Assembly: GCF_963921235.1 (NCBI RefSeq)
Contig: NC_086121.1
Location: forward strand, 17,732,001 to 17,796,000
Origin: Mobula hypostoma
Lineage: Eukaryota
Direction: 5' to 3'
Length of the DNA stretch: 64,000 nucleotides
The translations under genes and the position numbers were made by a program. Of the stretch, positions 39,086-51,996 are shown piece by piece (the first letter of the stretch is position 1; every line of letters begins with the position of its first letter). Under the pieces are notes generated by a model. That model was not told where the DNA came from. It ran no database searches and saw nothing but the letters and a program-made list of their open reading frames with translations.

Positions 39086-41159
39086 GGTTATCTTCTTAAA
39101 AATACCAGGAAACCATGGCCTAGGGTATCAAAGTAGAAAAATGCCCTTACCAACCTTTCCACATACATGTGAATCCCACCCCAATACTGCCTGTACCGCT
39201 GACCAGATTTTATGAGTTTAATTTAACAACAGTCACATTCTCTGCCTAAGGAGAGTTTATTCTATGTTTTCAGTCTGGCTAAAATGGATAGTAGACTTGA
39301 GAAGCTATCTGCAGTACGTTGACTTCTTGCTCTATCTACAGCTTCAGTCTTCATTCCGTGTTTTAGAAGTATCAAAAGATTCTGTATAAATTTAACACTT
39401 TTTAACTTGTTGACTGGTGACAGCCTAATTGTTTTCCTCCTCTCCTTTTGCTCCTGCTCCCTCTGCTCTTTCCCTTTTGTCCTTATCCCATTTCCCCGAT
39501 CTGGTTTCTATCCAGATTGTAGTTGTCCAATCTCTCCCATTGTGTTGGAGCTGACTGATACTGGTTGGGTTACTGTCCTGTACAACCTGAAATGTCACTG
39601 CAATTGGTCACGTTAACCATCAAAACCACTCCCCATTCCATCCCATGTGATGTTGTTTCCATGGCACTGACATCTGGTGTTTTCACTTCTGAAACGCACC
39701 ATTTTAGCAGATGACCAATGAGCAGTACCGAAGGAAATAAAACCCATAATGATCAAAACATATTCTCCTGTCTCACCATCTTGCCAAGATATGTTTTTAA
39801 AAAATGCTACAGCTCACAAGTAAATTGCAATCATATGACTGAAGGTGATGAAGATTTATTTACTGATCAATATGGTCTGGAGTACAACTTGGGCATATTT
39901 GGTTAATTACATTGGGCAGCAATGAGATAAAGCACAGCCGTTGAAATCCAGCAGCAATTTGCGGTATTAGCCTTGGCCATTTAGAGGGATCAATTGCTAA
40001 ACGAATCTGTGATAGCGGCGCAGAATAAACATAGTTCAGCCTTGCAGTGATGCACCAGCAAACAGCTTCACAGGTAGTTATAATCTTGAGAGATTTGTCT
40101 AGTGTTAATTGAGGATTCACCTCAATGTGATATGGTCTACCACTGGCTACAACCAAGATGAATTCTGTTCTGTTAATGTTCTTTCACCTCCATCCCTACT
40201 TGCCTCTTTGTATGGAGTTACTTGATACCTGGGTATTTAAATTTAAAAGCGTTATTAATCTACGGATTGCTACAGTTGCAGAACACAAGGGTACTAATAA
40301 CAGTTAGATGAAGCTATAGGACTAGCATTCAGAGCCTGGACTGTTGATTCAATAGCATAAGTTATTGTAGCAACTGCTGGGCCCACTTTCAAAGATTCCA
40401 CAAATCATGTCCTCAGCACAGTTTGTCTTTTGCACATTGACTTTCATCGGTCTTTGTGTCATTGATTCTATTGGATTTCTCTGTCTGACTGTGAATGGCT
40501 GTAAGAAAACGGATCTTAAGTTAGTATATGGTGACATATACTGTATACACTTTGATAATGAAGTTACTTTGAAGTTTGGAATTCTTTGCAACAGCTGGGA
40601 AACCTTAAGGTAACTTAAAAGTTGAAGATGTGAATGATCTGGTAAAGTAGATCTGGTTTCCCAGAGATTTGGCAAGCCTGACACAGAGAGTGGAGGGCAT
40701 TTTTGTCTGTTGTCAGAGTGAAGTCTCCCCTCAAGGAGTTGAAAGCTGAATGTTCTCCTTAAATTTGTAGCATTGCTTGATGTTAAAATACCAGACTCAG
40801 TAATGCTAATTATGAAAGCAATGGATTGTTGTAAAAACACAACTCCTTTAGGAAAGGAGATTTGCCATCTTTACTTGCTTAGCCACAGAGGACTTCAGGC
40901 TTGCAGCCCTGTAAACGGGCCCATTCAGATCAGGGGTTAGTTGAGTTGTACGATAAATAGTGGCCAAGTCATTGGCATCCACATTGCATGTGTGAGCAAA
41001 TTAAAAATACTTTAAAGGAGAATTTTGAGTTCCAAGCTGCCTACTGACTTTATCAAGATTACCATTGGGTTTCAAAGTTCAATTTAAATTTCAAAGGACA
41101 TAACTGCATTTGCCACCATATACTACTCTGAGATATGCAGGCTATAAAGGTTTAGAGTC

Positions 41160-41565
41160 AGGAAGTACTGCAATGGAGAAACAGGTCCCTTGGCCCATCT
41201 AGTCTTGTCTGATCTTTTGCTAGTCCCATCTATCTGTGCCCAGACCATATCCCTGTAAACCCTCCCATCCATGTGCCTATCTAAACCTCTCGTAAATGTT
41301 ACAATTGAACCTGTATCTGCCACTTCCACTGGCAACTCGCAACACCCACTGAGTAAAGAAGTTTCCGCTTAAATATTTTACTTTTCACCTTAAACTTATG
41401 ACCTCTAGCTCTAGTCTCATCCAAGCTACGGGGAACGAGCCTGCACGCATTCACCCTGACTATACCCTTCATAGTTTTGTATACCTCTATAAGATCTCCT
41501 GCTCCAGTGAGTAAAGTCCTAACCTGTTCAGCCCTTCCCTATAACTTGGGTCCTTAAGTCCCAAC
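41160..41565 (-). mobile_element. CR1 LINE 3' fragment
   Basis: ORF 41123-41335 reads EVADTGSIVTFTRGLDRHM...WAKGPVS. Confidence 0.7.
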
Positions 41566-41756
41566 AAGGGAAGAAATTCAGTTAGTTTGAGAGGCAAAGT
41601 GTTCAGGATTCATTCATTTCTTTAATTAGCCAAGAATATTCATGAAGGAATATTGAATACTTAAGAATGGAAATCTTGCTGTGAATTCCACTGAGGAGAA
41701 TTGATTGGGAATATGGAGTTTACACAGCCCATCAATTATGCTCTCTTCTTAGGAGC

Positions 41757-41830
41757 TACAGTACTGTGCAAAAGACTTAGGGACATATATATATGGCTAG
41801 GGTGCCTATAACTTCTGCACAGTACTGTAT
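41757..41830. mobile_element. Tiny Tc1-type MITE (TIRs only)
   Basis: TACAGTACTGTGCAAAAG...CTTCTGCACAGTACTGTA; related TIRs at ~42197-42240 and ~59690. Confidence 0.6.
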
Positions 41831-43034
41831 TTGTCACTGTGGAGCGGAGAGTTTGTAAATCTGGCCAGAGCAAAGATTGGGAATGGTGGAGAGCCAGGAG
41901 CGGGGTGTGGGACAGGTGGCAGAGGAGGAATGCCGGGCTGGGAGGGGGGTGAGGGTGCAGATTCACTGATTTGACTTTAAACAATTGGTTTATTGATCGT
42001 TACAAATTCTGTCTGGTACTTCCTACTCCCTCCCCTCCTCTTCCCCTTTTCCAAACTGTGATTCCCCTCTCCCTGCTCCCTTCCCACTCTCTGTCAACAA
42101 TAGAAAACCATATCAGAATTAGGTTCGTCGTCACTCACATATATCATGAAATTTGTTTTTTTTGCAGCAGCAGCACAGTGCAATACATAAAATTACTACA
42201 GTACTGTGCCAAAGGCTTGCCTGAGATCTTTGCGCAGTGAGGGCTAAGCCTAGGGTTTGGTACCCACCCTGGGAATGGAAGACCGTAAGACATAAGAGCA
42301 GAATTGGCCATTTGGCTCATCAATGTGTGGTGGAATATTGTGGAAAGACCTTTAATCTGTGCTGTATCAACCCTGGGATAAAGTGAGGCTTTACTCTGTA
42401 TCTTTTTGCTACTGTCTTCCCTGCGAGGTTTGACTCAGGAATACTTTGTATTCAACTTTTACTGTGATACTCTAAGGATGTTTGATGGGACAGTACAGAA
42501 AGAACTTTATACAGTATATCTAACCTATTTCTGGGAATAGCTGTCATGGAGAGTAAAATATATGTAGTTTAAAAGTCTATACTCTCATTGCAAAGAATAC
42601 TCTAATTAGAAACATAGAAAACCTACAGCACAATACAAGCCCTTTGGCCCACAACGCTGTGCCGAACATGTACTTACTTTAGAAATCACCTAGGGTTACC
42701 TATAGCCCTCTAGCTTTCTAAGTTCTCATTGATTGCAAAATATGAATACAATGCATATTATGTCATGAAGTAGTTGCAGCTAACTTTGAATAAGAGTGTT
42801 ACTTTGTATTTGGAACACTGAATTTGAACAGCTCCATCTGATGGTAGCTTGCTACTCTGTTAATGAAGTACTTGAAATCTACACTGAATCTTTGTGCTAA
42901 AATGGGTATGTTTGGGTTTGTTTTCATGGCATGTGAGGTGACTTTGCTCACAAGATTAACCAAGTTAGATTGCGGTTCAGTTGAATCAGTGATCCATTTC
43001 CACTTCCAGTCTAGTCTACTGTATTCGATGTTCT

Positions 43035-43811
43035 TAATGTGTCTCGTCTGTATTGGAGAAACTAAGAACAGTTTGGAGAATTACTCTGTGGGTATCTTCT
43101 CTCAAACCTGAGTTTATCGTTTTAATTCACTGTCCCACTCCCACTGTGACTTTGTGGTTTGTGGCAATCAGGTTGCAGTTACAATGAGGCTCAATGTGAG
43201 CTAATTAATATCACCTCAGTTTTTGCTTAGGCACATTGTAGCCTGTGGTATTGAATGTTGAATTTATCAGTGTCAGTTACCTTTCTGTTTGTATCAGTAC
43301 TGACTGTTTGTCCATGCCATTCCTCCCCTGCCCCTCCCCCCCCCCCTCAATTTGGCAATCTGGCCTCCTCAGCAATTCCCAATTAATACAACACCCAGTC
43401 CTTGAAACACACCGAGCAGGCAAGGGAGCTTTCTTGTGTTTGTGATTCGACTTCTACACTGTGAACCCTCTTCTAGCAATGCCCAGCCTGAAGAAGTTTA
43501 AATCTTCCCTTCAGGTGTTCAGTGGAATCCTCTCTCACTACTCACCTTCTGTAATCTTTCTATCCCCTCCAACTCTTTGACCACATGCTCACCCAGACCT
43601 GCTACCACAGACCAGCTATACTTCACCCCTCCCCCTCTCCGGTTTCGCCAATCACTTGCCACCTTGTGCTTCTTCCTCCTCCCTCTCATCTTCTTGCTGC
43701 CTTCCCATCTTTTCTTTCCCCCTCCCCCAAGTCCTGAAGAAGGGTCTCAGCCCAAAACATTGACTGTTTTTTCATTTCCATAGTTGCTGCCTGACCTGCT
43801 GAGTCCTCTGG

Positions 43812-43863
<52 letters not shown>

Positions 43864-43900
43864 CTCAGATTTCCAGCATCTGCAGATTTCCTCTTGTTTG
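43035..43900 (+). mobile_element. PLE fragment(s): GIY-YIG remnant and terminal repeat with decayed hammerhead
   Basis: LVCIGETKNSL..; AGTC-CTGAAGA(43734-43740)-agggtctcagccc-AAAA-cATT-GACT. Confidence 0.7.
43817..43862. repeat. (TG)23 microsatellite
   Basis: Perfect dinucleotide run inside a PLE terminal repeat. Confidence 0.95.
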
Positions 43901-45449
43901 TGACTGATAATACTGATACCTTTTTGTTCCACCCATTGCTTTTGCCACCTGCTCTGTTAATTTCTGATTTGATTTCTTCCTCTTTCATTTCTGATGAAGG
44001 GTGTTTGCATCAAACACTAACTGGTTTCTCTTGACAGGCTAAGTTCTTCCAGCATGTTTGTTTTTGTCTTGCATTATGGTCTGTGAGGTACATTGAAGTT
44101 GGTTTGAAGGAAGACCCGTGTTTCTATCATGTGTTGGGATATCCTAAATTGCTTCCAGGCTATACATTACTTCATGTGTTGTGTGTGAGTTATATGAACT
44201 ATCTTTTGCACCTTGCACCATATTGTTACATTTGGTGCTATTCACGTTTATGGTTGTAGAGTTGAATGACCATAAACTTGAATGTGAGCTAGATGCTTTT
44301 GAAGAATGGCCACTACTGCCAAGTAGGAAACAGTACAACCTATTAACGTGCAGCAAATTCCCAGACTCAGCCGTGAAGTGATGAGGTCAGACCTACTCCC
44401 AAACTCAACTACGCGCTAATGAGGATGTCCCTGAAGAATAGATATGAGGAATTTCTTCAGCCAGAGAGTGGTAAATCTATGGAATTTATTGCCTCAGATG
44501 GCCGTGGTTGCCAAGTCATGGGTATATCTATAGTGGAGGTTGATAATTCTTGATGAGTAAAGGTTATGGGGATATGGCAGGATAATGGGGTAGAAGGGGG
44601 GAAAGTCAACCATGGACTTGATGGGCTGAATGGCCTAATTTTTATAATCTAATGTTATTACACAGTTACAGGAAAGGTAAATAATGATAGGACTTGGAGA
44701 GGGTTCTGCTGTGTGGGGGCTTTTACCACAGTGGCAGAGTCATTATTTCACATCTCACTGAACCCTAGGACAAGCGTTCTTTCCACTAGTTTTAATAGTT
44801 TAGACCGTATTCAGCCCTGAAACCTTTAAAACTGGTTGCTTGTTTGTAAAGAGCCAGACTATTCTGTGAGTCACTACTTAAAGAATTGAGTGAAGTTGTA
44901 TTTTTAAATGAGGGGTGGCAAAACTGGAACTTGCTATTCATTCATGTGTCTCGAAGAGGTTTATGGTTCTGTTTTTCCTTTTATTGTGTAATGGAAGGTT
45001 TATACTTGCATGAAAATTAGGATTGCATTTATACAGTACTTTGCACAGCAGTACAATGTAAGGGTTTCAAGTTGGGTAAAATCTGACCAGGCTCTTGTCC
45101 TTGAATGTAAATGAACGACCCAGACATTTCACTTCTTGTAAATAATTGGGTAATTTAAAATTGGAAATTATAATCAGCCAGGATTGTGCTGGGCAGCCTG
45201 AAAGTGTTGCCGTGCTTTTGGCACCAACATAACACGCCCATAATTTATTAATCCTAATGTACACACCTTTGGGATGCAGGAGGATAGTGGAGCAGCCCAA
45301 GGAAACCCACGTGGTCTTGGGGGAAAAAGTAGAAACTTCTTATAGGTGTCAGTGGGAATTAAATGCCAATCGCTGGTGCTGCGAAGTGTTACACTAACTG
45401 CTAAGTTACAGTGCTGCTCCCTATTTATGACTCACTGTGCAGCATGGAC

Positions 45450-46320
45450 AGTTCAAAGTTTGAAGTAAATTTATTATCTAAGTACATATATGTCACCATA
45501 TGCAACCCCAAGTTTTGGGCATTCACAGTAAATCCAAGAAACACAATAGAATCAATGAAATACTGACCTCAACGGGGCAGACAGACAACCAATGTGCAAT
45601 AGGCAACAAACTATGCAAGTACAAAAAAAAAGAAATAAGCAATAAATATTGAGAACATGAGGTGAAGAACCCTTGGAAGTGAGTCCATAGGTTGTGGGAA
45701 CAGTTCAGTGATGGGGCAAGTGAAGTGGTCCCCTTTGGTTCAAGACCCTGATGGTTGAAGGGTAGTAACTGTTCCTGAACCTGGTGGTGTGGGTCCTGAG
45801 GTTCCTGTACCTTTTTCCTGATGGCAGGAGTGAGAAGAGAGCATGACCCGGATGGTTGTGGTCCTTGATGATGGATGCTGCTTTCCTGTGACAATACTCC
45901 GTGCAGATATGCTCAGTGATGAGGAGAGCTATACCCGTGATGGACTGGGCGATATCCACTACTTTCTTTGCACAAGGGCATTGATGTTTCCATACAAGAC
46001 CATATGAACCAGTCAATATACTCTCCACCACACATCTATAGAAGTTTGTCAAAGTTTTAGATAACATGCTGAATCTTTGCAAACTTCTAAGAAAGTAGAG
46101 ACACTGCCATCCTCAAGTGCAGGGCCCAGGACAGATCCTCTGAAATGATAACACCTAGGATTTTAACATTGCTGACTCTCTCCACCTCTGATTCCACTCC
46201 TGGTGAGAAATAGCTCGTGGACCTCAAGTTTCCAGTCGCTGAAGTCATTACTCAGCTCCTTGGTCTTGCTGACATTGAGTGAGGGGTTGTTGTTGTTGTG
46301 GCATCACTCAGCCAGACTGA
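45450..46320 (-). mobile_element. Rex1/Babar-like LINE 3' fragment
   Basis: ORF 45705-46082 reads TLTNFYRCVVESILTG...HPGHALFSLLPSGKRYRNLRTHTTRFRNSYYP. Confidence 0.85.
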
Positions 46321-47495
46321 AAGGGTAAAGGGCGTAGCTTTAGGAGGAGAGCATATGCCTTTCTCCTAAAGATGATATTATTTGTTTGGATTTTCAGCAG
46401 GCTGTTCATAAAGAAGACCATGCCCTAGGTAATTAATGCCATCTACACTATCGACATTGACATTTGGTTTGATGGTTGGGTTGGGTGCACTCTGTTTTAT
46501 GGTCAATGATTGCTGAGTTTCACTGCCATCTATTCTGGGGGGTTTTGTTGTTCCTTGGTGACTTGGAGGAAAATGCTTGTTAAAAAAGTAAATTTGCTAA
46601 TAGTTCTACAGTTTTCTTTTGGTTGGTAACAAGATGAATATCTGACTCTGGAATTATCTGTTCAAGGATTAAATGGAATTGTGAGCCCTGCCCCTCTCAT
46701 GGACATGAGCTGCCTCAAAGATGACTATCGGGCAGGTCTGTACCTAGGCTGTTGGTTTCAGCTATATACTCTGATTTTCTTCTCCTCCTTCCCTGGAAAT
46801 TTCCTAAACTGTGCTGCCCATTTCCTAACTCTCACCGTCTTGTTCATTCATCACACCAGTGCTTTCATGTCCCGTAAAGCATCACCCATTTCTTGTCCAT
46901 CCCCAGTCTCGTTCCATTCCAGGGAACCTCCGTGATGTCTTTGTTTTGCTCTGTTGTCATCCCTGATGTCCCTCACTTGACTTTTGGTGGGTGTGATGAG
47001 TGAACAAGCCCTAATTAATTAGGCCCTTGCCTCTGGAAGTTTGTCCTAAAGTGCCTTTAACTGTCTGCCTCTCACCTCCTTTAGAAAACGCTCCTTAAAC
47101 TTTTTCCAGATTGTGCTTTTGGTTACTTGCCTGATGTTAACTAACCCTCATTGTACCTCAAGCTCCTTTTTTTTTGTGTGATATTGAGGTATTTTATAAC
47201 AACTAAGGTACTATATAAATGGAAGTTATTGCTTTAATATTGTAAGACCTGTAAGATATAATGCTTTATGGGCTTAAAGTCTCAACTTCTGATGTGTTTG
47301 TTGGCTATTTTCTTAATGCATAACTGGGGTAATTTAGATCATAGATCATTTGAAAGTCCATGTATTTACATCTACCTCTGCTTAATTTTAAAAATGTTTT
47401 TTTTTTAATCTGTGGGAAGTAAGCTGTTCTCCAACCTGATGCATTAAGCCATGGTACACATCGCTGAAACCCTGAATTTCCATCTGAATTTTCAG

Positions 47496-47638
47496 AGGAA
47501 GAGGAGGAGGAGGAGGAGGAAGAGGAAAGCCGTGAACCAATGTTTCCAGAAGAAGAACCAGCCAAAGTGAAGAAAAAAAGGAAACCAAGGAAACAGAAAG
47601 AGAACAAGACTCCAAAAATGAAGAAGAGGAAGAAGGAG
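47496..47638 (+). CDS. CHD5: CHD5 coding exon 2
   Basis: TTTCAG acceptor, GTAATG donor; E11-SREPMFPEEEPAKVKKKRKPRKQKENKTPKMKKRKKE; phase 1 to 0. Confidence 0.88.
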
Positions 47639-47804
47639 GTAATGTGAGGAAGGGATTATTGCTGTTGGGTCAATTGGAAAATATCAATGGCAAAGGCATG
47701 GATTTACACTTGTGTACTCGGGAGAAGAGGAAGGGGGGTATGGATGTTGATGCCTCTACTGCTAGTGATTGTACACTCAGTGGCCACTTTACTAGGTATA
47801 CGAG

Positions 47805-48550
47805 TGGAACAGTGGGAGGATGATGCATTTTGGGAACAACAATGAGGTTAGGGCATATAGCATGAAAGAAAGGGTTTTGGGAAGCGTGAGTGAACTTGGA
47901 GTACTAGTCCAGTTATCCTTGATGGTGGCAGCACAGGCTGTCATTATGGTTAGGAAGGCTTGCGAAATGCAGGCCTTCACTTGTTACGCAATACAGAATA
48001 CATTTATTACAGGTTCGTTCTGAGCTGGAGTACCGTGTGTGGCTGCGGGTGCACACTACAGGGAGGGTGTGGTAGAACTAGAGAGGGGAAAGGGGTGATT
48101 CACCAAGGTGCCTGGGTGGAGCATTTCAGTTACGAGGAGATGCTGGAGAAACTAGATATGTTTTACCTGAGTGCTGAAGGGTTGTCACGAAGCTATTTAA
48201 AATTGAGGGGTATAGACAGAGCAGACTGCACAAAACTTTTCCCCATAACAAAAGTAGACAAGAGGATGTTGATTCAGGACTGGGGGGAAAGGATTCAGAG
48301 GGGACATGAGGGGAACTGTTTCAGAGCCAGAGAGTGTCAAGTACCGGAAGGCTCTGCCTGAGAGTGTGGTTGAAGCAGAGTCTCTTCATTTTAGAAGTCT
48401 CTCAATGACCACATGAATTGCTTTGCCATGGTGGTGGGAGGGGTGGTATGGACTAAGTGTTGGAAGATGGGATTAGTGTGGATGGGTGCCCACTGTACAG
48501 CATGGCTGTTGTGGGCTGAATGGCCTTTTTCCGTGTCGCATGTCTCTGTG
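47805..48550 (+). mobile_element. Decayed CR1 LINE
   Basis: HFSYEEMLEKLDMFYL and LRGIDR; 3' end GGGCTGAATGGCCT. Confidence 0.7.
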
Positions 48551-48668
48551 ACTTGCTGTCATGTTTAATTAGGTAGATCCTGTAAAGAGTTTTGTGGTAA
48601 AGGTGACTTGCAAGTTATTGTTAGTAAAACATTTACTTGATACCACAAGAGACTTGATGTGAACTTCT

Positions 48669-48834
48669 AGCAACACACATCAAAGTTGCTGGTGAACGCA
48701 GCAGGCCAGGCAGCATCTCTAGGAAGAGGTACGTCGACTGCACCTCTTCCTAGAGATGCTGCCTGGCCTGCTGCGTTCACCGGCAACTTTGATATGTGTT
48801 GCTTGAATTTCCAGCATCTGCAGAATTCCTCGTG
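48669..48834. mobile_element. Fold-back PLE-derived hairpin insertion lacking the ribozyme core
   Basis: Duplication TTGATGTGAACTTCT (48654-48668, 48835-48849); arms ~48669-48730 and ~48742-48803; loop ACGTCGACTGC spans the hammerhead cleavage site. Confidence 0.88.
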
Positions 48835-49071
48835 TTGATGTGAACTTCTGTTTTATTTTGGTTACTTTCACTAATTAGGAAGAATAACTTAAAGTCTAAT
48901 TAATGTATAAATACGATATAACTGATGTGGCTAGCAACCTGTAGAGCTCTATCTATACCCCTCAATTTGTAATTTAATTTGAAAGATTCCCATGACATTT
49001 AATCAGCTTTCTGGTTTTTGGTGAACTTGGGGCACTACTAATGCAGGAAGGACATTTTTGGTTTGATAGTA

Positions 49072-49741
49072 CAGGTTGAACACCCCTTATCCGAAAAGCT
49101 TGGGGCCAGAAGTGTTTTGGATTTTGGATTTTTTTTGGATTTTGGAATATATGCATCCATAAAATAAAATGCCTTTGGGATGGGACCCAAGTTTATTCAC
49201 GGAATCCATTTACTTTATGTATACAGCTCAGTTACAGCTGGTGTGAAGGTCACAGAGTGAATAGTTGGAGCACAGTCTGACGTGATAGAGCTGGGTCTTC
49301 CACAGACCGTCACAGTTGAGTGACTGCCCCCGAATATGTCTATTACCAGATTCCAGCCTCCACCATCAACTTCAAACAGCCACCCATTCCACAGCAAAAT
49401 TATTATTTTTAATAATTTTGTGCATGAAACAAGTACCTTCAATTTCCAGTTTGTCATGATAGATATTTGCTTGTTTCATGATTAAGCAACATATGTTCAC
49501 TCTGATGCGAACGAATCCACTCTTTCAATACACGATCGAGACCTTCATTTTCACATTATGCAGTGTTTTTCTATTTTTCATTAACTTCTGTTCATTACAT
49601 ATGTAAGGTCACTTCTCAGAATTATCTGTGGCACTAAGAGACCTGTGCATTTCCCAGCATCTTGTGGAATTTTCCATTTGTCATGTCAGCACTCAAAAAG
49701 TTTTTGCATTTTGGAATTTCGGATAAGGGATACTCAAACTG
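49072..49741 (-). mobile_element. Tigger4/MER46-like (pogo) DNA transposon deletion derivative
   Basis: TA duplication; 25-bp TIRs CAGGTTGAACACCCCTTATCCGAAA / CAGTTTGAGTATCCCTTATCCGAAA; minus-strand CENP-B-type HTH remnant QKLMKNRKTLH..NEGLDRVLKEWIR..IMKQANIYHDKLEIEG. Confidence 0.85.
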
Positions 49742-49769
49742 TATTACATAGTTCTTTGCCCTAAATCAT

Positions 49770-50150
49770 TATATGATCCAGGGTGGTGGGTGGAGAAGTG
49801 TCTCTACCAAAGGAGCTGTAAGGCATTCTTTCCTTCTGTTAGTGTGCAGGTCACCCTTGGGCAATCTGTAGCACCTGGTCAGGGTCAGGGTCATATGAAG
49901 CCAGAGGAGCAGGTGGTGGATGGTCATATAAGCAGCTGGTGCACATCCCAAGTCATGGTTATGCAACCACTAGCGCTAGGCAGACAATCTCTGAAGAGTA
50001 TTGATAATGGCTGGGGTCACCTATCTTGTAAAGACACTGCCCAGAAGGCGGCAATGGCAAACCACTTCTGTAGAAAAATTTGCCAAAATCAATCATGGTC
50101 ATGGAAGGACCATGATCACCCACATCATACGACATGGCACGTAATGAACA
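49770..50150 (+). mobile_element. RTE-related retroposon fragment
   Basis: GGCAATGGCAAACCACTTCTGTA motif resembles BovB/RTE-associated SINE sequence. Confidence 0.5.
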
Positions 50151-50651
50151 GACGATATCTGATCCATAACAACTCGGGCCATCCCTTTACTGGACCATAA
50201 AAATCTGTTCCTACCTTTTTGGAATAATTCCACCTGCCTTTTAGTTTAAGCCATTGATCAATGCAGTAATTGCCAAATGTTGTCAGGCTAAATGGAAAAT
50301 CATAGTGACTAAGAGGCCATCCTGGGAAGCACATTCAAACACTTGCAGCTTACAGAGACTGCCTTGGAAGATAATTAACTTCATGTGGGCCAAGTGTAAC
50401 CTGCTCTAGGCTATAGAACTGTCTTGAAACTTAATGTATCACTTGAAGATTTTAAACTGGACTTGGTATTTTTGGGTAAGGAAGATGGTGGTTGTTGGCA
50501 ATATTTCAGCCAGAATTTCTGTCTGCACATCTCAGGTGTCGTAGGTCAACAGTACATTTTGCCTATTGCATCTCAAGCAACACCACCAAATAAATGTTCT
50601 GTGATGACTATCACCATGCTGGCACACGAGTCTGCAGACGTTGTACTCTCT

Positions 50652-50805
50652 AGGAACTCAGCAAGTCAGGCAGCATCTGTGGAGGCAGAAGGAGGTCAAC
50701 GTTTTGGAGTCGCGTACCGAGTCTCGACCCAAAACATCAATCATTCTTCTGCCTCTTCAGACGCTGACTGACCTGCTGAGTTTCTCTAGCAGTTTGCTTT
50801 TTGCT
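50652..50805. mobile_element. Older fold-back PLE terminal-repeat pair (diverged subfamily)
   Basis: Imperfect inverted arms at ~50652-50712 and ~50725-50785. Confidence 0.6.
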
Positions 50806-51996
50806 CCATTACCTCCATTACAGATTGTGGAGCTCGTTGTGTGCAAGTTAGTAGACAGCAGCATTTTGCATTTGTTTAGTGCCCAAGGGGCTTCATGACA
50901 GTTATCATCAAATAGAATTTGAGACCAAGCCACTTGTGATATTGTACAGGGGCTGAAATTCTTGGTCAAAGAGTTGTTGTAAGGAGTACTTTTTAAAAAA
51001 AAAGAGCATAAGGGTGGAAAAGTTTAGCAACTTTTCAATTAAGGTCTGACAAAGGAAAATAGAATGATTAAAACCAGAAATTTATCTAGAAGGGGCAAGC
51101 GGGGTACTGTGGAGATCTTGGTGCTGGTCACAGAGAAGTTTGTTTTTTACTTTTGCTTCATTTTTATTGAAATCTACTTTCCACGAGTGGCTACACTTTG
51201 TAAGTACTTGATTAACAATATTGTTCTCAGTTATAGAGTGGAATGGTTATAGAATAAAAGGTCACCATTTGTACCTTTAGACTCATGCTGGCTCTCTGCT
51301 AGACAACTGGTTGTTTATTGAATGTGGTGAGTTGAGGTGCCAGGTAAAAGTTTTGTGCATGTGTGAGACTGGGAGAGAGGGAAATGAGTATAGAATTGAG
51401 ATGCATTCTGTTGTTTTCAGGACCTTTTGCCTAACCTGTCCTTGTTATTTAGACTTGTTTTCAAAGACTGAGGCTTGGACTGGTGCTAAAGAGTGCTTGC
51501 CATTTTATACCAAAACACAGCCATCACCTTGTGTAAAAAGAGAAATTTACAAGGCAAGAGTATGGTGTATGATCTTCAGCAGTTACAGCATTGTGGATCT
51601 TCAGGGGTTAAGTGAACCTTTTCAATGAAAGACTAATGTACACTCAGTTCAAAGGAAATTTATTATCAAAGTACATGTATATCACCATATACATCACTGA
51701 GATTTATTTTCTTGCGGGCATGCTCAATAAGTCTATAGAATAATAACCATAACAGAATCAATGAAAGACCACCCAACTTGGGCATTTAACCTGCGTGCAG
51801 AAGACAGCAAACTGTGCAAATACAAAAAAAAGAAATAATAATAACTAACCAATAAATATTGAGAACATGAGATGAAGAGTCATTGAAAGTGAGTCCGTAG
51901 GTTGTGTGAACATATCGATGATGGGGTGAATGAAGTTATCCCCTTTGGTTCAAAAGCCTGATGGCTGAGGGGTAGTAACTGTTCCCGAACCTGGTG

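Noticed and set aside
43686-44034. His-Thr / Cys-Val repeat proteins
   Set aside because: Translation of the (TG)23 microsatellite
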